Below the pieces are notes generated by a model. That model had not been told where the DNA came from, did no database searches, and saw only the letters and a list, made by a program, of their open reading frames with translations. From assembly GCA_963805625.1 (NCBI GenBank), contig CAWDVE010000017.1:512001-576000 (forward strand): a stretch of DNA of 64,000 bases, written 5' to 3'. Source of the DNA: an uncultured Candidatus Rokubacteria bacterium. GTDB lineage: Bacteria; Methylomirabilota; Methylomirabilia; Rokubacteriales; DASRDR01. Of the stretch, positions 56,985-64,000 are shown piece by piece. The position numbers and the translations under genes were made by a program. The stretch's first letter is position 1; every line of letters begins with the position of its first letter.

Positions 56985-57677
56985 ATGGATCTCGACGGAC
57001 GTTTGCGACGACGTCATGCTCGCTTGCCGGAACCGACCCTCCGGCGCCACGATACCGCGCTGCTCGCGATCGATCTGCAGTACGGCGACGCGCACCGGGA
57101 CCACGGGCTCCTCCAGCAGATGCGTGACCGCGGTGACGGCGCGGCGGTCGAGTACTACGCCAGGCGCCTGGAGGAGTCGGTCATCCCCAACGTCCGCCGG
57201 CTCCAGGAGGCCTGCCGACAAGCGGGGATCGAGGTGATCCACACGAAGATCGAGTCGCTGACCCGCGATGGTCGGGACCGGAGCCTCGAGCACAAACACC
57301 TCGGGATTCACCACCCGCCGGGGTCGAAGGACGCGCAGATCCTCGACGAAGTGGCGCCTCAGGGCGACGAGATCGTGATCACCAAGACCTGCGGCGGGGC
57401 GTTCAATGGCACGAACATCGAGTACGTGCTGCGGAATCTCGGCATTCAGCACCTGATCATCGTGGGCGTCGTGACGAGCGGCTGCGTCGAGGTAGCCGTG
57501 CGCGATGCGGCGGATCGCGGATTCCAGGTCCTGCTCATCGAGGATGCGACGGCGACGTGGTCCGACGACATGCAGCGGGCGGCGATGCGCGCGATGGACG
57601 AGATCTACGCCAAGGTCCAGTCGACGAGCGGAATGCTCGCACGCCTGGAAGCCCTGGGCGTCACGGTAGCCAGGTGA
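56985..57677 (+). CDS. Isochorismatase-family cysteine hydrolase
   Basis: Asp-Lys-Cys triad: IDLQ, ITKT, TSGCV; AAGGAGG RBS. Confidence 0.9.
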   Translation: MDLDGRLRRRHARLPEPTLRRHDTALLAIDLQYGDAHRDHGLLQQMRDRGDGAAVEYYARRLEESVIPNVRRLQEACRQAGIEVIHTKIESLTRDGRDRSLEHKHLGIHHPPGSKDAQILDEVAPQGDEIVITKTCGGAFNGTNIEYVLRNLGIQHLIIVGVVTSGCVEVAVRDAADRGFQVLLIEDATATWSDDMQRAAMRAMDEIYAKVQSTSGMLARLEALGVTVAR

Positions 57678-57765
57678 GGCCGGCAGGACGCCGCTCCGGA
57701 TATCGAGCGCCGATCACGACATGACCGCAGCGCGGAGAACCGGAACGAAAGGGAGGGCAGAGGCC

Positions 57766-59403
57766 ATGGGCGGACGCGGGAGAGTCGACAGGTCATCGAG
57801 CTCCAATCCGAGCCGGCGCGCGTTCATTGGACTCGGCATCGGCGCGGGGCTGGCGGGCGCCGGCCTGCTCACCGCCCGGCCCTCCTCGGGGCAGCCCGTC
57901 CGGGGCGGGACGCTGGTCCACGCCTTCCGGGATCCGCTCAACACCCTCGATCCACCGGTACCGAACTCGGACTCCCAGTCGCGGCTGCTGAACTCGATCC
58001 TGGACCCCCTCGTGTGGCAGCCCGAGGCGGGCAAGTTCTTCCCGGGACTGGCCACGGCGTGGCAGGTGTCGCCGGACGCGACTCGCTACACGTTCACGCT
58101 GCGCGAGAAGGTGAAATTCCACGACGGGACGCCGTTCAACGGGACCGCGGCCAAGGCCACGTTCGACCGGGTGGTCGATCCCCAACTCAAGGCGCTCCTG
58201 ATCGGACTCCTGGGCCCGTACGACGGCACCGACGTCCTAGGCGACCATCAGATCCGGGTGAGGTTCAAGGAGCCGTTCCCCCTCTTCCTCCACAACCTGA
58301 GCGCGACCGGTCTCCGGCCTGTGTCTCCGACCGCTGTCAAGAAGTGGGGGGCCGACTTCGGCCAGAACCTGGTGGGCACCGGCCCGTTCGCGCTCACGAA
58401 GTTCTCGCCGTCGGAGATCGTCTTCGAGCGTTTCGCGGACTACAACTGGGCGCCGGCGTTCCTGGACCACAAGGGGCCTGCCTACCTCGACCGGCTGATC
58501 CTCCGTCTCATTCCCGAGGCGTCGACTCGCGTCATCGCCCTGGAGCGAGGCGAGTCGCAGCTGATCGACTTCGTCCCTGATGCCGAGGTGAAGCGGCTCC
58601 GGGCCAACCCGAAGTTCGCGGTGGACGTGATCGCGGTGCCGGGCCTGCCGCAGCTGCTTCAGCTCAACGTGACCAAGCCGCCCCTTGACGACAAGCGAGT
58701 CCGCCAGGCCATCCAGTACGCCGTGGACCAGAAGAAGCTGGTCGACGTTCTCTTCTTCGGCGTCCGTCGACCCGGGTACGGTGTTCTCGCCTCGCAGACC
58801 TGGGGCTACTGGAAGGGAGTCGAGGAGACCTACCGGTTCAGTCCGGACAAGGCCAAGGCTCTGCTCGACACCGCGGGCTGGAAGCCGGGCGTCGGCGGCA
58901 TCCGCGAAAAGGACGGGCAGCGCCTGTCGCTCCTCTACATCACCACGAACCGGGCGGAGTACACGCAGACCGGCGAGGTGGTGCAGGACATGCTCCTACA
59001 GGTGGGCATCGAGATGAAGATCGATGCGATGAGCAACGCGGCGTCGCTGACGAAGTACCAGATGAACGAGCACCACATCGGGCGCCTGGGCGAGATCAAC
59101 GCCGATCCGAGCGTCATGGCCTTCCCCGTCCATTCCCGGAATATCCGGGGCGGCACCCAGGGCAACCGTTCGAAGTACACCAACCCGGAGGTCGACGCGC
59201 AGCTCGACGCGGCGGAGAAGGAGGTCGACCCGCGGAAGCGGCTCCAGATGTACGAGACCCTCCAGAAGACCGTGGCCGAGGAGGCGTTCATCCTCGGGAC
59301 GTTCGAGCAGACGCTGATCAACGCCCGCGCCCGGAGCCTGGAGGATGCGTCCTACGACAACCTGGGCCGCTTCTTCTTGCACAAGGCGTGGCTGAAAGCC
59401 TGA
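57766..59403 (+). CDS. Peptide/nickel-type ABC substrate-binding protein (family 5), Tat signal
   Basis: SRRAFIG, LATAWQVSPD, FHDGTPF, GTGPF, VRQAI. Confidence 0.92.
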   Translation: MGGRGRVDRSSSSNPSRRAFIGLGIGAGLAGAGLLTARPSSGQPVRGGTLVHAFRDPLNTLDPPVPNSDSQSRLLNSILDPLVWQPEAGKFFPGLATAWQVSPDATRYTFTLREKVKFHDGTPFNGTAAKATFDRVVDPQLKALLIGLLGPYDGTDVLGDHQIRVRFKEPFPLFLHNLSATGLRPVSPTAVKKWGADFGQNLVGTGPFALTKFSPSEIVFERFADYNWAPAFLDHKGPAYLDRLILRLIPEASTRVIALERGESQLIDFVPDAEVKRLRANPKFAVDVIAVPGLPQLLQLNVTKPPLDDKRVRQAIQYAVDQKKLVDVLFFGVRRPGYGVLASQTWGYWKGVEETYRFSPDKAKALLDTAGWKPGVGGIREKDGQRLSLLYITTNRAEYTQTGEVVQDMLLQVGIEMKIDAMSNAASLTKYQMNEHHIGRLGEINADPSVMAFPVHSRNIRGGTQGNRSKYTNPEVDAQLDAAEKEVDPRKRLQMYETLQKTVAEEAFILGTFEQTLINARARSLEDASYDNLGRFFLHKAWLKA

Positions 59404-59494
59404 ACGACCCGGTCGGGGGGCGCCACCGGGCCCCGGATCCTGGCGGCGGCCGATCGCCCCGGAGGGCTCGCGGCGCCCTCAGGCCAGCCGAGCG

Positions 59495-60454
59495 ATGATC
59501 GGCTACGTCGCCCGCCGGCTCCTGGCGGCCGTGCCCGTGCTGCTGGGCGTCTCGCTGGCGGTGTTCTCCATGCTCCACTTCCTTCCGGGCGACCCGGTTC
59601 TCCTGATGATGTCGGAGTCCGGGGGATCGGGCGCGAAGATGGCAGGGGTGTCCCAGGAGACGTACGAGCGGATCCGCCATGAGCTGGGATTCGACCGGCC
59701 CCTGCCGGCCCAGTTCGGCCTGTTCCTGTGGCGCGCGGTGCAGGGGGACCTGGGACGCTCCTTCCGGGGTAACCAGCGGGTGGCCACCCTGATCGGCGAG
59801 GCCTTTCCCTACACGGTGCGGCTGACGCTCGTCGGGCTCGGGCTGGCCATACCGATCGGAGTCGCCCTAGGGACCCTGGCCGCCGTGCGGCCCGGGTCGA
59901 TGCTGGACAACGGCACCATGGTCGCTGCGCTGTTCGCCGTCTCAATGCCCAGCTTCTGGTTCGGCATCATGTTGCTGCTGGTGTTCGCGCTGCACCTCGA
60001 CCTGCTGCCCGCCGTTGGCCACGGGAGTCTCCGCGCGATCGTCCTGCCGGCGCTGACGCTTGGCCTCAGCAGCGCGGCGATCGTCGCCGCGCTGGTCCGC
60101 TCCAGCCTCCGTGAGGTGCTGGCCATGGAGTTCGTGGCCACGGCGCGGGCCAAGGGGCTGTCGGGCGCCGCGGTCGTGCTCAAGCACGCGCTGCGCAATG
60201 CGCTGATTCCTGTCGCGACCGTCGTCGGCCTCCAGTTTGGCGCGCTCCTGGGCGGCGCGGTCGTGGTGGAGACGGTATTCGCCCGGCCCGGCCTTGGGCT
60301 CATGCTGGTGAACGGGATCAAGGACAAGGACTTCCCGGTCGTGCAGGCCGGCATGCTGGTGGCGGCGGCGGCCTACGTCCTCGCGAACCTGCTGGTCGAC
60401 CTGTCGTACGGTTGGCTCGACCCGCGGATCCGCCTCGACCGGAAGTCGGTCTAG
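59495..60454 (+). CDS. DppB-like ABC permease
   Basis: PGDPV, GDLGRSF, TARAKG, HALRNA, DPRIR. Confidence 0.92.
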   Translation: MIGYVARRLLAAVPVLLGVSLAVFSMLHFLPGDPVLLMMSESGGSGAKMAGVSQETYERIRHELGFDRPLPAQFGLFLWRAVQGDLGRSFRGNQRVATLIGEAFPYTVRLTLVGLGLAIPIGVALGTLAAVRPGSMLDNGTMVAALFAVSMPSFWFGIMLLLVFALHLDLLPAVGHGSLRAIVLPALTLGLSSAAIVAALVRSSLREVLAMEFVATARAKGLSGAAVVLKHALRNALIPVATVVGLQFGALLGGAVVVETVFARPGLGLMLVNGIKDKDFPVVQAGMLVAAAAYVLANLLVDLSYGWLDPRIRLDRKSV

Positions 60455-60457
60455 CGG

Positions 60458-61354
60458 ATGGGAAGGCGGGAGGGCGTACGCGCGTCGGTCGCCCGTGTGA
60501 TGCGCCCGGGCGAGAGTCCCCTCGGGCAGGTCGTGCGGCACCTGGCGAAGAACCGCGGAGCCACGGCGGGCGGGACCCTGCTCGTCGCGCTCGTGGGCAT
60601 GGCGACCTTCGCGCCGCTGGTCGCGCGCTACGACCCGATCCGGACGAACTATGCCGACGCCCTGGTCGGGCCCAGTCTCCGCCATCCCCTGGGAACAGAC
60701 CACTACGGCCGCGACCTCTTTAGCCGGCTCGTCTTCGGCGGACGGCTGTCGCTCACCGCTGGGCTGCTCGCGGTGAGCATCGGCGTCGTCGCGGGCGTCC
60801 TGGTCGGCGTGCCGTCCGGTTACTACGGAGGGATGGTCGACGATCTCACTATGCGGGTCATGGACGTCATGCTCGCCTTTCCCGGCATCCTGTTCGCGAT
60901 GGCCATCGTGGCCATTCTCGGGAGCGGGCTGATCAACGTGATGATCGCCGTGGGCGTCAGCTCGATTCCCGGGTTCGTGCGGCTCGTCCGCGGCTCGGTG
61001 CTCTCGGCCTCCGAGCACGTCTACGTCGAGGCGGCCCGGAGCATCGGATGCCGCAACCGGCGCATCATGGCGCTTCACATCCTGCCCAACGTCTTCGCTC
61101 CGCTCTTCACCTACGCGACCCTGCGCGTCTCGGTGGCCATCGTGTCGGTCGCGTCGCTGAACTTCCTGGGGCTCGGCGCGCGGCCGCCCACCCCCGAGTG
61201 GGGCGTCATGCTGGCGGATGGCCGCGACTACATGCGCCAGTACTGGTGGCTGGCGACGTTCCCTGGCCTCGCTATCATGATCACCACGCTGTCCATCAAC
61301 TTGTTCAGCAACGGGCTGCGGGACGTGCTGGACCCGCGGCTTCACCGGCGATAG
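60458..61354 (+). CDS. DppC-like ABC permease
   Basis: HPLGTDHYGRD, YVEAARSIG, HILPN, PTPEWG. Confidence 0.92.
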   Translation: MGRREGVRASVARVMRPGESPLGQVVRHLAKNRGATAGGTLLVALVGMATFAPLVARYDPIRTNYADALVGPSLRHPLGTDHYGRDLFSRLVFGGRLSLTAGLLAVSIGVVAGVLVGVPSGYYGGMVDDLTMRVMDVMLAFPGILFAMAIVAILGSGLINVMIAVGVSSIPGFVRLVRGSVLSASEHVYVEAARSIGCRNRRIMALHILPNVFAPLFTYATLRVSVAIVSVASLNFLGLGARPPTPEWGVMLADGRDYMRQYWWLATFPGLAIMITTLSINLFSNGLRDVLDPRLHRR

Positions 61355-61365
61355 CGGAGAGGCGA

Positions 61366-63417
61366 ATGGCACGCGTCGCCCGCTGCGCCCTGGTCCAGGT
61401 CGGTAGCGATCTCCCCATGGATCGGCCGGTCGAAGAGATCAAGACCGCGCTCAACGACAAGTGCGCCCGCCTGATCACGGACGCCGCCTCGGGCGGCGTG
61501 CAGGTTCTCGCGCTGCCCGAGCTCTTCAACACGCCCTACTTCGCGGCGGCCACGGATCCGCGCTGGCACGCCGCCGCGGAGCCCGTCCCCGACGGCCCCA
61601 CGACAGCGCTGATGCGGGAGTTGGCCCGCCGGCACGGGATGGTCATCGTGGCGCCGCTCTACGAGCAGGCCGGCACCGCCCGGTACAACTCGGCGGCCGT
61701 CATCGACGCCGACGGGCGGTTCCTCGGTGTCTACCGGAAGCACCACGTGCCCAGCCCCCACGCCGGGAACTACGAGCCCTTCTACTTCCACCGGCCCGAC
61801 ATCGGATTCCCGGTCTTCGACACGGCGCACGGTCGCATCGGGGTGTACATCTGCTACGACCGGCATTTCCCGGAGATCGCCCGCATCTACGGGGTCAAGG
61901 GAGCGGAGATCGTCTTCAACCCCTCGGCAACGGGCGGACGCCGGTCCGAGCTGGTGTGGGAGCTCGAGCAGCAGGCTCACGCGCTGGCCAACGGCTACTT
62001 CGTCGGCGCCCTGAACCGGGTGGGGCGCGGCCAGCCGTACGACAGCGCGGAGTTTTTCGGCAAGAGCTACTTCTGCAATCCGCTGGGCGAGCTCGTCGCC
62101 CAGGCGGGGCGGGGAGTCGAGGAGGTCCTGATCGCCGACCTCGATCTCGACGAGATCCAGTCGAGCCGCGAGAGCTGGCACACGAACCGGCTGTACCTCG
62201 ACCGGAGGCCGGCCACGTACCACGAGATGCTCGTGGAGGGCATCCCGACCCCCGAGACACGGAAAGGAGAGTCCACCGTGGCTCACCGGCAACGAAGCAT
62301 CCACTACGTTCCAATCATGACGGACGAGATGAAGGCGGCGGCCGTCCGGGCGCTGGAGGACGGACGCCTGATCCGCTCCTACCTGGAGAAGGACAGTGAC
62401 GGCGGCCGGTTCGAGGACGAGTTCTGCGCCTATATGGGCGTCAAGCACGGTGTGGCGGTCAGCTCGGGCTTCGCGGCGCTCCACGTCGCGATGATGGCGG
62501 CCGGTATCGGTCCCGGCGACGAGGTCATCACCGAGTCGCGGACCTTCATCTCGGTCGGGGACGTCATCGTGCTGGTGGGCGCGACCCCGGTCTTCGTCGA
62601 CATCGACCGCGACACGCTCAACCTCGATCCCGCCCGGATCGAGGCGGCCATCACGTCCCGGACGCGGGCCATCATGCCCGTCCACAACAACGGATTGACG
62701 TGCGAGATGGGTCTGATCGAGGCGATCGCCCGTCGCCACAGCCTCAAGGTGATCGTGGATTCCTGCCAGAGCATCGGCACGTCCTATCGGGGCGACCGGC
62801 ACGCGACCGTCGGCGACATCGGGGCGTTCAGCTTCGTCCGCAACAAGTCGATGACCTGCGGTGGCGAGGGCGGCATGGTGATCACGGACAACGACGAGCT
62901 CGCCTACCGCGCGAAGCTGCTCTCGAACCACGGCCGCGGCCGAGACTACCAGGAGTCGCACGACGCCGAGCTGATCGGGTACAACTACCGGCTGAGCGAG
63001 GTGCTCTCGGCGATCGGTCGCGTCCAGCTCCGTCACGTGGACGCCTGGAACAACGAGCGCCGGACCAACACCGCCCTCTACCAGGAGCTGCTGGCCGGGC
63101 GCGATCTTCCGGTGACGATCACCGGGGAGCCCGCGTGGGGCCTGCACACCCGCATGCGTTGCGTTGCGCTGGTGCCGAGACGTGACGAGCTCGTCGACCA
63201 CCTGCGAAAGCGGGACATCGGTGTCAGCCCCGAGTACAAGCTCCCCATCCACCTGAACGCGCCCTACGTCCGGCGGTTCGGGTTCCGGCCGGGGCAGTGT
63301 CCGGTCAGCGAGCAGGTTGCCCAGGAGACCTTGGTCCTGCCCAACTGGCCCGGTCTGACGCGGGGAGACGTCGAGTACGTGGTCGACGCGATCGAAGAGT
63401 TCTTCCGCGGCCGATGA
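61366..63417 (+). CDS. Nitrilase-family (beta-ureidopropionase/N-carbamoyl amidase-like) domain fused in frame to a DegT/DnrJ/EryC1/StrS aminotransferase
   Basis: E-K-C triad (PELF, YRKHH, ICYDRHFPE); DegT motifs VSSGFAALH, DSCQ, FSFVRNK..GEGG, GYNYRLSE; internal AAGGAG plus GTG at 62278. Confidence 0.85.
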   Translation: MARVARCALVQVGSDLPMDRPVEEIKTALNDKCARLITDAASGGVQVLALPELFNTPYFAAATDPRWHAAAEPVPDGPTTALMRELARRHGMVIVAPLYEQAGTARYNSAAVIDADGRFLGVYRKHHVPSPHAGNYEPFYFHRPDIGFPVFDTAHGRIGVYICYDRHFPEIARIYGVKGAEIVFNPSATGGRRSELVWELEQQAHALANGYFVGALNRVGRGQPYDSAEFFGKSYFCNPLGELVAQAGRGVEEVLIADLDLDEIQSSRESWHTNRLYLDRRPATYHEMLVEGIPTPETRKGESTVAHRQRSIHYVPIMTDEMKAAAVRALEDGRLIRSYLEKDSDGGRFEDEFCAYMGVKHGVAVSSGFAALHVAMMAAGIGPGDEVITESRTFISVGDVIVLVGATPVFVDIDRDTLNLDPARIEAAITSRTRAIMPVHNNGLTCEMGLIEAIARRHSLKVIVDSCQSIGTSYRGDRHATVGDIGAFSFVRNKSMTCGGEGGMVITDNDELAYRAKLLSNHGRGRDYQESHDAELIGYNYRLSEVLSAIGRVQLRHVDAWNNERRTNTALYQELLAGRDLPVTITGEPAWGLHTRMRCVALVPRRDELVDHLRKRDIGVSPEYKLPIHLNAPYVRRFGFRPGQCPVSEQVAQETLVLPNWPGLTRGDVEYVVDAIEEFFRGR

Positions 63418-63568
63418 CAAGGACGGTCGGAGCTGGAGAACGGAGGCTGGGCTTGACGCGTCAGTGCCGTCGGCGTGAGCATGACACGCCGGCCGCGTGG
63501 CGCTCAGCCTCTCTTCGCGGGCCTGCGCACCTCAGAGCGCTCTGCCACCACCGAGCAAGGAGGACCCC

Positions 63569-64000
63569 ATGAGCCTGTGGCGATTCTGTGGCCGGCGAGG
63601 CTGGACCACCGCACTGCTGACCGTCCTGGCCCTCTGGCCGGCGATCGGATCGGCGGCGGGACCCGACAACGTCCTCTTCGTGGGCTGGGGGCAGAAGGTC
63701 GACAACCTCGACCCCCAGACGTCCCGCGGCAATCGGAACTGGTGGGTGCTGGCCGAGCTCTACGACACCCTGACCGTCCTGCCGGACCAGAGCCTGCAGG
63801 CGGCGCCGCAGCTGGCCGAGTCCTGGACGATCTCGCCCGACGGCAAGGAGTACGTCTTCAAGATCCGCAAGGGCGTCAAGTTCAGCACCGGGAACGAGCT
63901 CAACGCTCACGCCGTCAAGCTCGCGCTGGACCGGCTGCAGACGATCGGTCTCGGCCCGCTGTACATGACCCGGGACGTCTACAACCGGACCGAGGTCATC
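63569..64000 (+). CDS. Second family-5 ABC substrate-binding protein (runs off window)
   Basis: AAGGAGG RBS; signal peptide; NLDPQ, LYDTL, PQLAESWTISPDGKEYVFKIRKGVKF. Confidence 0.88.
   Translation, partial: MSLWRFCGRRGWTTALLTVLALWPAIGSAAGPDNVLFVGWGQKVDNLDPQTSRGNRNWWVLAELYDTLTVLPDQSLQAAPQLAESWTISPDGKEYVFKIRKGVKFSTGNELNAHAVKLALDRLQTIGLGPLYMTRDVYNRTEVI

Overview
GC-rich bacterial chromosomal window. The gene repertoire (DZR-cyclase-TPR remnants, TTT/ABC transporters, CaiB CoA-transferases) resembles Candidatus Rokubacteria/Methylomirabilota; this is an inference. 1-7.5 kb is an accessory island with toxin-antitoxin genes, a 3' tRNA-fMet fragment that looks like an att site, an IS630 inserted in a DUF433 antitoxin, SEC-C and UPF0158 genes, and a 5'-truncated group II intron. 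The rest is metabolic and housekeeping: CIRCE-groES-groEL, CoA-transferases, TctCBA, a ThDP enzyme, amidase, MsrA, an RRM protein, DMFase beta, a PSCyt/DUF1501 pair, and a GntR-led amide/amine-processing operon. About 20 fused or truncated gene fragments are interspersed. Main hidden signals: (1) two UGA-recoded UxxC selenoproteins that the ORF track splits in two, sharing a SECIS-like hairpin (CCAG-NN-CGTGN-NN-CTGG); (2) an intact class I/II aminotransferase homolog lacking both the PLP lysine and the pyridine-binding Asp; (3) a nitrilase-DegT in-frame fusion with an internal RBS; (4) a TTT operon bracketed by a diverged direct repeat whose left copy ends exactly at an IS481 end. All family assignments come from motif recognition by eye, not database searches.
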